A program made the position numbers and the translations under genes. From Dictyostelium discoideum (lineage: Eukaryota), in the NCBI GenBank assembly GCA_000004695.1, contig CM000151.3:7136001-7200000 (forward strand): a stretch of DNA of 64,000 bases. Reading direction: 5' to 3'. Below are positions 39,956-52,095 of the stretch, in pieces. Every line of letters begins with the position of its first letter. The first letter of the stretch is position 1. A model generated the notes under the pieces. The model worked only from the letters and a program-made list of their open reading frames with translations. It was not told the DNA's origin and did no database searches.

Positions 39956-40266
39956 ATGGTAAAAACATCAATATATGTAGGAGGTTTAAAGTAATTATTT
40001 CTATTTTTATTTTTTTAAAAAAAAAAAGTATAAATAATTTACTCTTTTTTTTTAAAAATTTAAGTTCTCATATTTCTAAAGAAATTTTAAAAACAAAGTT
40101 TTCAGTGTATGGTGAAATACAATCACTTGTTTTTGTAAAAGGTAAGGAAACAGGAATATCAGAAGGTTATGCATATATTGAATATAATAATAAAGAAGAT
40201 GCTGTGAAAGCAATAGATGATTTAAACGACCAACCATTTGAGGGTAATCATTTAGAATTATTTTAG
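39956..40266 (+). CDS. small RRM (RNA-recognition-motif) protein, about 78 aa, two exons
   Basis: Exon 1 is 39956..39990 (MVKTSIYVGGL plus two nucleotides; the RNP2-like segment is IYVGGL) with a GTAATT donor. The intron ends at AG 40063-64. Exon 2 is 40065..40266 (SHISKEILKTKFSVYGEIQSLVFVKGKETGISEGYAYIEYNNKEDAVKAIDDLNDQPFEGNHLELF*), and its RNP1-like segment is GYAYIEY. Confidence 0.7.
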
Positions 40267-40911
40267 AAATTATCTAAAAAAAAAGAAATAAAATATGAAA
40301 AATAAAAAAATAAAAATTTTTAAACTTTATCTAATTCATTTTTTATTAAAACAATTCCTTTTCTTTTAAAAAAATATAAAATAAAAAATATTTTTTATTA
40401 TGAAAATAAAAAAGCAGAATTAAATTAAAACATAAAATAATTATTTAAAAAAAAACAAGGAATTTAATTTTTTTTTTTTTTTTTTAATAATTTTAAATTG
40501 GTTTTTATTTGTTAGATTATATAAAATAAAAAATTGAATAAATAACTATAAAATGACTTTCTGGATATAATAAAAAATAATCATTATTAAACCAATTTGT
40601 TTGATTACATCTTTAGATTTGTACTTTTTATTTTAGAAAAAAGAACAACCTATTACAGATAAAATTTTTTTTTTTTTATAATTTTTTTTTTTTTTATTTT
40701 TTTATTTTTTTATTTTTTTTTTAAATAAAAAGGAATCAGTTTATTGAACCGTTATATCCTTTTTTGTTTAATTGTGTTTTAAAATTACCCAGAGCGCATG
40801 GATTACTATAGTTGGTGAAAAAAAAAAAAAAAAAAAAAAAAAGAAAAAGAAAAAAGGGCCGAAATTAATAAATTTTCTTAATGAGTAATAATATAAATAA
40901 TAATGAATTAC

Positions 40912-41255
40912 ATAACCACCTGGAATCCAACCAAGAATCCATAAAATAATATTGACCCAGAAAACTACTGCGCATCCTCTTTAAAAATTTAAAAAAAAAA
41001 AAATTTAAAAAAAAAAAAAAAAATTATTTCAAATATTAATATTTTTTTAAACATTTAAAAAATTACTTGGAAATTGAAATATTAAAAAATAATTACCTTC
41101 TAATGAAAACAGCTAAAGGTGGGATAATGATACATAAAATGATCATACCTATTTTTTAAATTAAATAAATAATGTTAATATCCTACATTTTAAATTTTTA
41201 TTTTTATTTTTTTTATTTTTTTTTACATACCAACTTGTCTTGAACCTTCTGACAT
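40912..41255 (-). CDS. Pmp3/UPF0057-family plasma-membrane proteolipid; the C-terminal exon structure is uncertain
   Basis: Exon 1 is 41231..41255 (MSEGSRQV) with a GTATGT donor. Exon 2 is 41097..41148 (GMIILCIIIPPLAVFIR) with a GTAATT donor. Exon 3 runs from 40978 downward (RGCAVVFWVNIILWILGWIPGGY...). This matches the family signature LPPLAVFL...G...ILGWIPG. Either a GTAATT donor at 40911 leads to an immediate stop in the next exon, or the reading continues as ...VIHYYLYYY. Confidence 0.65.
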
Positions 41256-42324
41256 TTTTTTTTTTATATATATGAAATTTAAATATAATTTATATTTAAA
41301 TCTAGGAATAATTATAATTTAAAAAATACTAGTTTGAAATGAAGAAATGCTTTGAGTTTAAATAGTTTTTTTAAAAAATCTTAAAATACAAAAAAGGTAA
41401 AAAAAAAAAAAAATAGTAAAAATAAAATAAAATAAAAATAAAATTAAAAAATGTTTTTATTTTTTTTTAATTTATTTTTATTTTATTTTTGGTAGTAGAA
41501 AGCACACTAATCGTTCATTGAACATCTTTTTTTTTGATAAATTATTAATTGTAAAATTTTAATTATTTTAAATTAAATTTAATTCATTTTAAAAAAAACT
41601 TTTTCAATTTCAATCTACAAATGTGTGGTTATAACAAAGTTTAATGTTCAAATAAATTCACCAAGTATGTTCGAAAAAAAAAAAAAATATTTGAATAATT
41701 TTTTTTTTTAAAATTAAATTAACATAAAAAAAAAAAAAAAAAAAACTAACTTAAATTAGGAAATAATAATGATCCGACGTCATTATATATTTTTCTAAAA
41801 ACTTGAATATTTAGGTGTTTTTATTTATTTTTTTTTTTTTTAATTATTTATTATTTTTTTTTTAATTATTTTTTTTTTTTTATTTATTTATTTTTTTATT
41901 TTATTTTTTTTCTAAAAAAAAAAAGTTGGAACAATGTGAAAAATAATAATAACATTTTGTATTACATACAATAATTTATTTGTAAAACTTTTTTTTTTTT
42001 TTAAATATTTTAAAAAAAGTTTTAATTAATTTCAGAATAAAAAAAAAAAAAAAAAAAAATCTAATTTTAGGATCAAATTTCAAACTATTTTTATACTTGT
42101 GTGAATCTCTCAAGAGTTTTAAAGACCAAACAAAACACAATGGTAACAAAAGAAATTTAGACAAAACTATCTATTTTTTTTTTAATCATCTATAAAATAA
42201 ATAGAAAAAAAAAAAAAAAAAAAGAAAAATATTAGTAATAATAAAAATAATAAAATTTATAATGGTAATAAAAAAAAAAATAAATAAATGTGCTAATAAA
42301 AAATTAAAAATAACCCCACGTGCT

Positions 42325-42365
42325 AATAACAACTGGGGGTTCTTTTTTTTTCTTTTTTTCCATAT
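42325..42365 (+). other. 7-bp GC stem hairpin (AACCCCA...TGGGGGTT) followed by a T-run
   Basis: The sequence is aaCCCCAcgtgctaataacaacTGGGGGttcttttttttt, with a duplicated GTGCTAATAA upstream. It is rare GC content in a poly-A/T desert. Confidence 0.3.
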
Positions 42366-42700
42366 CTATCTTCGAAAAAAGTTTCGAAATTGTTTTTTTT
42401 TAATAATTAAAAAACAAACACTGTTTTTTTTTTTTTTTTTTTTTTTAGAAAAAAAAATAAAAATAAAATAATAAAAAAAAATAAAAATTAAAAAAAATTA
42501 AAAAAAAATACACTCTTAACCTTTACAACCTTTATAAAAATAGCCAAATATTTTATTAATTATAATAATAATTTTTAACAATATTTATATAACATCCAAT
42601 TTTTTTTGATATTTTATAATAAAAGTTGATTTATCATGTACAATTAAGGAAATTGAAAATAAAAATAAACAATAATTTGAAATTTAAATTTAAATTTAAA

Positions 42701-42731
<31 letters not shown>

Positions 42732-43135
42732 ATCTATTAATATTCTTTATTTCAACACACTCACACACTTTTTAATTATTTTTTTTTTTATTAAATAAAA
42801 AAAAAAAATAAAAAAGAAAAAAAAAAAAACCAAAAAAAAAAACCCAAAATTACTCTCTTTTTCTTTCTATGTTAACTATATTGCTATAATTATCGTTGTG
42901 AACACAACATTTTCCTTTTATTTATTTATTTTTTTTTTCTGTAAATAATAACAATATAAAATAACTGTACATAATTTAATTTAATAAACTCCTTGTATAA
43001 AATAAAAACAATAATAATAATAATATAATAAAAATAATTAATAAATAATTTTAATAATAATTAACAAACTATAAATAAAAAAATAAATAAATAAGTAAAA
43101 AAATAAAAAAATAAATTAATAATATAATAAATAAA

Positions 43136-46100
43136 ATGAAAAATAAAATAATTTTATTATGGTTGTTATTAATAGTGATCCTATGTACAATTTCAAATGT
43201 AAAAGGATGTGGTATGACAACACATAATACAGTGGCAAGAAGAGCATATAACTTCTCAAGTTTTGATGGTAACTATTAATGTTAATAAAAATAATGGGGA
43301 AATCAAAAACTAATTTATTTTTTTTATTTTTTATTTTTTATTTTTTTTATTTTTTTATTTTTTATTTTTTTTTATTATTTTCTTTTTTTTCTTTTTTTAT
43401 TTTTTTTTAAAATAGGTTTTGAACAATATCAAAAATATGTTTCAGAGAATTTTGATGTATTTGATGCAGGTGCAGCATTCCCAGATTTTGGATATGATTG
43501 TGGTGGATTAGCAAATGAATCAGAAGCAGCACATTGGCCACCATTTTTAAGAGCAGCAACTAAATACTTATTAGAAACTTATCCCCAACCATGGAGTTTG
43601 GATGGTATTAGATTAGCAGTATTTCTTTTAGGTGTAACTTCACATCAAATTGCTGATATTTCATGGCATTCAATTGGTGGTATTCAACAAGGTTTAATTC
43701 GTGCTATGGCAGGTCAAGATTTTAATGGTACTTATGAATTAGCTCATGGCAATGCTGATGAAGGTGGTGAATTTGAATTAGCTTATAATTATGATTTATC
43801 TTGGTTATCTGATAGTAAGTATAATATATATATATATATATATTAAATATTTAGCATTTATATTAATTATTATTATTATTATTATAAAATTTAGAATGGT
43901 ATGTGCCAATTACAGATATAAAGAATATTTTTCATTCAATGAATTATCCAAGAGTTGATGATGAAAATTTATTAAGATGTAATGCAATATTGTATGCTGG
44001 TGCAATGGGTGTTAAGATTGGTGGTAGATTTTTCTATCCTGAAATTGCAAAGAAATCACCATTCTTGGTTGACCATTATCAAGATTATTTCATTGGTGGT
44101 TTGGATGATATGTCAATTTGGACATCATATTGTTGGCCAGTATTAATGGGTTGGATGGATGGCGAAGATATTGGTGATTTTTGTTTTATTCAACCTGATC
44201 CAAATAATGATGATGACAATCAACATTTACGTTTACATCATAAACATTCAATATTAAAAAATGGTTCAAAAATTAAAGAAGCATTATCAAAATCAATTTT
44301 AAATGAAATGAAAATTACAAATAATGGTAAAGGTGTAACTTTTTCATTACCAAATTCAATGGAAAAAGCAATTAATCAAGTTTTAAATAAATTTAATCAA
44401 AATCCAATTGGCACATTATTAGAAAAATATTTACCAAATTTATTTAATAATAAAAATAAATTTTATCAAGAAAATGAAAATGAACAATATAATCATGATG
44501 AGGAGGAATTAAATATTATTGATATTGATATTGATATTGAAGAAGAAGAACAAGAAGAAGAAGAAGATAAACCAATTAGAATGTTATCAAAGAATAATAA
44601 TTTTAAAAATTATGAATATTTAAATGATAAAAAGAAATCATCATCGTCAAAATTAAAAAATAAATCTAAAAAGAATATAATTAAATTAAATTCAGATTCA
44701 AATGATTTAGGAACTAATTTTACAACTATTTATGGTCAAAATATGTATTCTTATTTTGGTAAAGATATTAGAAGCAAAGATTTGAATGGTGATGGATTTG
44801 ATGATTTAATTATATCATCACCAGGTTTTGGTGTGCCAGGTTCAATGCAAACTGGTTGTGTTTATTATATCATTTCAAATGGAAGTAGTGTTACAATTGA
44901 TGGTGGTAGTGGTTTCACATCAGAGTTTGATATTGATCAAGTTGCAACTGGTAAACTTTGTGGTAATGAAACTCATGCAAAATTTGGGTGGAATATTGAT
45001 GTATTAGATTTTAATTTAGATGGTATTTTTGATATTATTATTGGTGCACCATCTTCATCCAATGCAAATCTACAATATTTAGGTATGATATATATTTATC
45101 TTGGTGAAAAGAACAACCCTGCTGGTGAATGGAGTACAGAATCTGATTTACCAAGTATAACCATTCAAGGTATTGAATATGCTGATACTATTGGTACAGT
45201 TTTAAGAGTTGCCGATTGTAATGCCGATTCAAATGCAGATTTAATACTTGGTTCACCACATTCTGCTGGTGGTGGTACTCAACGTGGAACAGTTCAAATA
45301 TTTTATTCATCAAAAAAGAGAATCTCTGGTATTCCAATTAGTTTAAATGATGCAGATTATTATGGACATGGTGAAGTTGATTATGAATGGTTTGGTTATG
45401 AAATTAAGGTTGCAGGTCAAGGTGATAGTTCAACATTGTTGGTTGGTTCACCAAATTATCATGATGAAGAGACAGCAATTGTGAATATTGGTAAAATCAC
45501 ATCGTTCCCATATAATGTAAATTTAAATTCCTTTGATTTAAATCCAAAGTTTGTTATGGTTGGTGTTAATAAAAATGATAAACTTGGCTATAGTTATAAT
45601 ATGGTAAATGGCTCTTTATTTGGTTTGGATAATGTCAATGATATTATGGTACTTTCATTACCAACGAGAGGATTTGGTGATGATTTCGACCAAGTTGGTG
45701 AGGTGGTATTAATTGATATCGATAATCTATCAGGTTTCGTCGAGATTAAGAATGTAAATCTTTTACTCTCTATTAAAGGTACAACCAAATATTCAAGATT
45801 TGGTGAAAGTTTATTAATTGGTAAATTAGAATCAACTGATGAATTTGCTCGTCTATTCGTTGGTGCTCCATTATGGACCGATTCAATCGATACTGGTCCT
45901 GGTTGTGTTTTCACTTTCTTACCAAATCAACACCTTACAAATGATCCTGCAGTTTTAAAACAAAATATAATTAATAATACACCAGTGGTTATCTATGATT
46001 CAACTCATAGTATCAAAACTTTTAGAATTGACGATGACAGTGGTAGTAGTGGTGGTAGATCATTCAATAATAAAAGAAAAGATAGTAGATTCGGTTTTAG

Positions 46101-46209
46101 AATACTTTTATCCGATTTTAATAATGATGGTAAAAATGATTTAATAGTTAGTGCCGATCGTGATTCTTCAAAAATATTAGAAGGTGGATCAATTAATATA
46201 TTTCAATAA
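43136..46209 (+). CDS. glycosylphosphatidylinositol-specific phospholipase D (GPI-PLD) homolog, 948 aa, three exons
   Basis: Exons are 43136..43268, 43416..43814 and 43895..46209, with GTAACT and GTAAGT donors, and are phase-consistent. It has a signal peptide followed by CGMTTHNTVARRA (compare human GPLD1 CGLSTHVEIGHRA), then HWPPFL...YPQPW...SHQIADISWHS, and SPFLVDHYQDYFIGGLDDMSIW (human: SPFLVEQFQEYFLGGLDDMAFW). FG-GAP propeller repeats (FGWNIDVLDFNLDGIFDIIIGAP) occur in the C-terminal half. In dictyBase this corresponds to the pldG class. Confidence 0.85.
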
Positions 46210-46241
46210 TTGGAAAAAAACATATATACATTATTATTAAC

Positions 46242-46242
<1 letters not shown>

Positions 46243-46334
<92 letters not shown>
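46243..46334. repeat. (ATA)n microsatellite
   Basis: About 30 ATA units, read directly. Confidence 0.9.
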
Positions 46335-46335
<1 letters not shown>

Positions 46336-46464
46336 TAATAGGGAAAATCAAATACAATTGTAAATTAAATATTTAAATAAATTTTTTTTTTTTTTTTTTT
46401 ATTTTTTTATTTCTTTAAACAATAATTGATAAATTTTGTTTGTAGATAATTATTTTTAAATTGT

Positions 46465-47317
46465 TTAAAGATTACAAAATACTTGTTGATTAAATTCTTG
46501 ACAATATTGGACACCGGTTTTAAAAAATTCGGAATAGGTATATCTAATACAATTGTTTTGATTGTGAGAGTAGTATTGATCAAAGTTTGTAGAATTACAA
46601 GTTACTTGATATGCTGTACTTTCACTAGTTAATAAGCATCTATTAATTGGTGTATATCTAATTGTTGTAAATGTTTGTTTCCAATTACCACCACATTCTC
46701 CTGTATAATCAAATACAACTAATGTATCTTTTGGAATTACAATTTCTGACGAATCAATAATAGTATATATATATGACCCTGATAATTTACAATCCATTAC
46801 ACATTCATCAATTTTAAAATGTTCAATACTGTAAAAGGTTCTATATTATTATGAATTTTATATTAATATCATTATTATTATTTATTATTATTATTTTTTA
46901 TTATTATTATTAAGAAACTTACTGGCATCTATCTTCTGTATATGCAGTTTTTGAAATTGTACCATTGGCATAATCTACTCTGTAGATGTAATAATAATAA
47001 TTATCATTATCCATTAAAAGGCACTCACCGACTACAACGAATAATTCATTTTCAATTTCACTGTTATCACAATCTTGAATTGATGATGACCAACTTGCAG
47101 ATTGAGAATTACCACCATCAATATTACCTAAATTTAACATTCTTTCGTCTGTTGCAAAACTACCTGTTGACATTGGTCCTAAACCACTGGAATCAGAATC
47201 TCTACAACGATATTGATCATATTGGAATGTCTTTATTGAAATTACTGATTCACCACTAGATAAATAAAAATTATTTACTGAAACTAATATTAAAACTAAA
47301 AATGTTAAAAATTTCAT
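46465..47317 (-). CDS. secreted Cys-rich protein, tandem copy 1 (about 252 aa, two exons)
   Basis: Exon 1 is 46923..47317 (signal peptide MKFLTFLVLILVSVNNFYLSSG...TEDRC plus CA). The donor GTAAGT overlaps the ORF stop. Exon 2 is 46465..46828 after a ttttacag acceptor, in frame with ORF 46465..46797 (IEHFKIDECVMDCKLSG...). Confidence 0.75.
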
Positions 47318-47823
47318 TTTTTATTTCTATCGATTATAAAATGATTTCTTTTTTTTTAATTTATACTTGCCTTAATAAAAAAAAAAAAAAAAAAAAAAAA
47401 TTTAAACCGTAAATTATTTCCCACCAAGCGATAAAAGACGACCTTTTTTTATTTTTTAAAAAATTTAAATTTTAACATTTTAATAAAAAAAAATATCTCC
47501 GGGCTCAATTTTTTTTTTTTTATTAAGGCAAGTATAAATTATTAATAAAAAAAAAAAAAAAAAAAAAAGGAAATTTACAAAAACTTTTACAACAACCTCT
47601 TTTTTTATTAACATTATCACCAAAACAATAAAAATTTATAAAATGGCTACCTTAAAAGATAAGAAAAAAAAAAAAAAAAAAAAAAATGGTAACAAAAAAT
47701 CGGGCATGTGTCTCGTTAGGAAATTGCAGGCGCTCTTTAAATATTTTAAGTAGTAGCGTAATAATAGTATAATATAATTTTTATTTTTATTTTTATTTTT
47801 TTATTTTAAAAATAATTATATAA

Positions 47824-48702
47824 TTAAATATTACAAAATACTTGTTGATTGAATTCAGCACAATATTGAACACCAGTTTTATGTTCCATATCAGAATAAT
47901 ATCTAATACAATTGTTTTGATTGTATGAGTAGTATTGATTAAAGTTTGTAGAATTACAAGTTACTTGATATGCTGTACTTTCACTAGTTAATAAGCATCT
48001 ATTAATTGGTGTATATCTAATTGTTGTAAATGTTTGATTCCAATTAACACCACATTCTCCTGTATAATCAAATACAACTAATGTATCTTTTGGAATTACA
48101 ATCTCTGACGAATCAATAATAGTATATATATATGACCCTGATAATTTACAATCCATTACACATTCATCAATTTTAAAATGTTCAATACTGTAAAAGTTTC
48201 TATAATATATAATGATAATGTTTTTATATTAATATCATTATTATTATTATTTATTATTATTTTTACTATTATTATTATTATTATTATTATTTTTAATAAG
48301 AAACTTACTGGCATCTATCTTCTGTATATCCAGTTTTTGAAATTGTACCATTGGCATAATCAATTCTGTAGATGTAATAATAAAAGTCATCATTATCCAA
48401 TAAAAGACATTCACCAACTACAATGAATAATTCATTTTCAATTTCACTGTTATCACAATCTTGAATTGATGATGACCAACTTGCAGATTGAGAATTACCA
48501 CCATCAATATTACCTAAATTTAACATTCTTTCGTCTGTTGCAAAACTACCTGTTGACATTGGTCCTAAACCACTGGAATCATCATTTCTACAACGATATT
48601 GATCATATTGGAATGTCTTTATTGAAATTACTGATTCACCACTAGAAAAATAAAAATTATTATTGAAACCAATATTAAAACTAAAAATGTTAAAAATTTC
48701 AT
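47824..48702 (-). pseudogene. secreted Cys-rich protein, tandem copy 2, with a frameshift in the signal-peptide region
   Basis: Exon 2 is 47824..48187. Exon 1 is 48309..48702. Starting from ATG 48700-48702 the frame reads MKFLTFLVLILVSIIIFIFLVVNQ* because it has tttttct where copy 1 has tttatct. The rest of the gene is intact. Confidence 0.55.
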
Positions 48703-49218
48703 TTTTTATTTCTATCGATTATAAAATGATTTCTTTTTTTTTTTTTTTTATTTATACTCACCTTTATAAAAAAATAAAAAAAAAAAATTAAACCCGAAAT
48801 TTCTATTATTTCCAACCTACAACCAAACAGATAAGACGGAAAAGGTGACCTTTTTAAAAAATTAAATTGTTAGGGATAAAAATTGAACTCATAATTTCCG
48901 AGCCAAATTTTTTAACAAAAAAAAAAAAATTACAAAAACTTTTCCTTTTTCAACCATTGCCCAAAACTTTTTTATCAAAGTTAAAAATCCCATTTCAATT
49001 AATGATCACTATTCAAAAAAAAAATATTCATTTAATACCAATTTATAAGGAGTTATACAAAACTTATATAGATAATTTTTTTTTAAAAAAAAAAAAAAAC
49101 AAAAACAAATATTAAAAGATAATTTCGGACACTATTTAGTGGAGCGTAAAATATAATTTAATTTTTTATTATTTTTTTATTTTTTATTTTTTTAAAAATA
49201 ATTAAAATAATTATATAA

Positions 49219-49658
49219 TTAAACATTACAAAATGCTTGTTGATTGAATTCTTTACAATATTGAACACCAGTTCTGTGTTCGATTTCAGAACTATATCTA
49301 ATACAATTGTTTTGATTGTAAGAGTAGAATTCATTAAAGTTTGTAGAATTACAAGTTATTTGATATGCAGTATTTTCACCGGTTAATAAGCATCTATTAA
49401 TTGGTGTATATCTAATTGTTGTAAAAGTTTGTTTCCAATTACCACTACATTCTCCTGTATAATCGAATACAACTAATGTATTTTTTGGAATTACAATTTC
49501 TGATGAATCAATAATAGTAAATAAATATGGTCCTGATAATTTACAATCCTTTACACATTCATCAATTTTGAAATGTTCAACTCTGGAAAAGGTTCTGTTT
49601 TTTATTATATTTATTATTATTATTTTATTAATATTATTTTTATTATTATTATTTTTTA

Positions 49659-49692
<34 letters not shown>

Positions 49693-50104
49693 ATTATTAA
49701 TAAGAAACTTACTCGCATCTATCATCTGAATATGCAGTTTTTGAAATTGTACCATTGGTATAATCAACTCTGTAGGTGTAGTAATAATAATAATCACCAT
49801 CCATTGGGAGACATTCACCGACTACAACGAAAAATTCATTTTCAATTTCACTGTTATCACAATCTTCAACTGATGATGACCAACTTGCAGATTGAGAATT
49901 ACCACCATCAATATTACCTAAATTTAAAATTCTTTCGTCTGTTGCAAAACTACCTGTTGACATTGGTCCTAAACCACTGGAATCATCTCTACAACGATAT
50001 TGATCATATTGGAATGTCTTTATTGAAATTACTGATTTACCACTAGATAAATAAAAATTATTTATTGAAACCAATATTAAAACTAAAAATGTTAAAAATT
50101 TCAT
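49219..50104 (-). CDS. secreted Cys-rich protein, tandem copy 3 (two exons; N-rich insertion in exon 2)
   Basis: Exon 1 is 49713..50104 (MKFLTFLVLILVSINNFYLSSGKSV...DDRC plus GA) with a GTAAGT donor. Exon 2 is 49219..49582, in frame with ORF 49219..49818. The ORF-track N-terminal extension through poly-K is an artefact of an oligo(T) run. Confidence 0.75.
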
Positions 50105-50561
50105 TTTTTTTTTTTTTTTTTTTTTTGTATTGATATAAAAAGAAAAGAGGTTATTAAAATTAAATGAAAAAAAAAAAAAAAAAAATTGAATTTTCAAAAA
50201 AAAAAAAAAAATCACAAAAAAAAAAAACCATCAAAAAAATCACGAAAAACCATCAAAAAAAAAAATCATTAAAAATCCAATAATGACGAATCTTTTTGAT
50301 ATTTATAAACGCGTTTTTTTAGGTAATTTTTCTTTATTTTTTCTTTTTCTTTTTTTTTTTTTAAAAAAAAAATAATGGCTTTTTTAATATTAATATCATT
50401 ATTGTAAAATATTATTTGCAAATATTAGATTCTTTTAATTATAAAAAAAAAAAAAAAAAAAAAAATAAAAAATAATTCGTTTAACTTTACTTTCAACCAA
50501 TTTTTATTTTTAATAATTCTAATATATTTATAAATAATTATTTTTCATTCAATCAAGATTT

Positions 50562-50621
<60 letters not shown>

Positions 50622-50639
50622 AAATTGATTGTTTAAAAG

Positions 50640-50821
50640 GTGACAATTATTGGTTTGAAAAATTTGATTTTTTTTTTTTGTTTAGTTGGATAGCTCAAAT
50701 GGTTGGATAAATTTGATTTTTTTTTTTGAATTGGATAACGCAATTATTAGTTGCTTCTCCTTGGATGCTAGATCTCATTTTATTAGTAGTGTTTTTTACA
50801 GGGTCTCCAAAAGAGGGTTAG

Positions 50822-50854
<33 letters not shown>

Positions 50855-51625
50855 GAATTTTTTTTTTTTTTTTTTTTTTTGAATTTTGAATTGTATTATT
50901 ACTTTTGATTAAAATATCTTTTTTGTCCAAACTTTTTTCTAAATCTTTTTTTATTTTATCGTCGGCTTCATGATTGATGTTTATGACATATTTGAATTGT
51001 TTTTTTTTTATTTGAGTTTTGTCTACAATTTCGCTTTTTTTTTGTGGGCATTTGCATTGCTTAATATTTGTGGTGTTGTTTGTAATTTTCATCTTATTTT
51101 CTTTCTATTTTTTTTATTTTACTTTAAAAAGTTAAGATTTATGAATGGTATTTAATTGTTTTATTGATTTTGAGGCTGGTTTTGTCTCCATAGTCTTTCT
51201 CCTTTCTTTTGTTGCTCGTATTATGGTATTATTAATTCAATGATTACCATGTTGTGATAAGATTTTTAATTTGATTCCTTAAATAGTTTGTTTTTTTCGA
51301 TCTGATTATTTTTTTCTTTTTCTTGAAACCATAGTTTGTTTTTCCAGCTTAGCAAAATTTTCAAAACCAAACAAAAAATAAATTACAATAAAGTAAAAAG
51401 ATGGCTTTTTAAAATAGTTCATTTATTTATTAATTTATTTGTTTTATAAGTCTTTTTATATGAAAAATGAAATAATCAAAAAAAGAGATTATTTGTTTTT
51501 TCTATCTGATTGAAGGATAAATTTTATTTTTTTTTGAATGGAATAACGCAATTTTTAGTTGCTTCTTCTTGAGATATATCTCATTTTATTAATTTTATTA
51601 TTACAGGTGCCTTTTTAGGTTGTAT

Positions 51626-51668
<43 letters not shown>

Positions 51669-51935
51669 TTGGGTGTAGAGTGTGTTTAGTGATGTAATAT
51701 ATTTGTTGAGGTTTGATGGTAGTGCTACTGTGAGTAGTGGTGAGTTCCAATGTTTGCTAAATCTTTCGAGTTGTAGGGAGATGATGTTTTTGAATTTTTT
51801 TATTTGGTTGCTTTTTTTTCTTGTCTGATTAGTTTGCATATGTTGTTTTTTGTTCTATCCCAGGCTGTTGTTTGAGTTTTCTTTAGTTCGTGTGCTAGTA
51901 GTTGTTTTCTTAAGTTTTTGAGTGTTATTCCTTCA
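50640..51935 (-). mobile_element. cluster of truncated tRNA-gene-targeted non-LTR retroelement (TRE5-like) remnants, minus sense, with oligo(A) tails
   Basis: A G/T-rich, non-AT-biased segment spans 51663..51935 and ends about 48 bp upstream of tRNA-Phe. Its minus-sense 3' end is a 42-nt oligo(A), seen as oligo(T) at 51621..51662. Further upstream a roughly 110-bp block is duplicated (50718-50825 and 51525-51620: ttgaa(t)tggataacgcaatt(a/t)ttagttgcttc...), each copy adjacent to oligo(T) runs (50826-50884). Position and orientation fit established TRE5 behaviour of insertion about 48 bp 5' of tRNA genes. Confidence 0.45.
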
Positions 51936-51980
51936 GGAGAAATTTTATAAATATTTCTAATTTAATTTTAAAAAATATAA

Positions 51981-52054
51981 GCCTTAGTAGCTCAGTTGGT
52001 ACGAGCGTGAGACTGAAGATCTTAAGGTCGCTGGTTCGATCCCGGCCTGAGGCA
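51981..52054 (+). tRNA. tRNA-Phe (anticodon GAA)
   Basis: The sequence is GCCTTAGTAGCTCAGTTGGTACGAGCGTGAGACTGAAGATCTTAAGGTCGCTGGTTCGATCCCGGCCTGAGGCA. The A box is TAGCTCAGTTGG and the B box is GGTTCGATCC. The anticodon loop CTGAAGA carries anticodon GAA. The acceptor pairs GCCTTAG with CTGAGGC. Confidence 0.95.
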
Positions 52055-52084
52055 AAATTTCCTATTATCTTTAAGCAGATCGCT

Positions 52085-52095
52085 GGTTCGAATCC
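52085..52095 (+). promoter_or_regulatory. ex-B box (extra B-box GGTTCGAATCC) about 31 bp downstream of tRNA-Phe
   Basis: The stretch 52066..52110 (ctttaagcagatcgctGGTTCGAATCCagggttagaggca) is a degenerate duplicate of the tRNA 3' half. Ex-B boxes downstream of Dictyostelium tRNA genes are an established feature. Confidence 0.7.

Noticed and set aside
45594-45914. Minus-strand ORF of 106 aa inside the GPI-PLD exon
   Set aside because: It is antisense to a conserved CDS, and its 'M' is a GTG codon.
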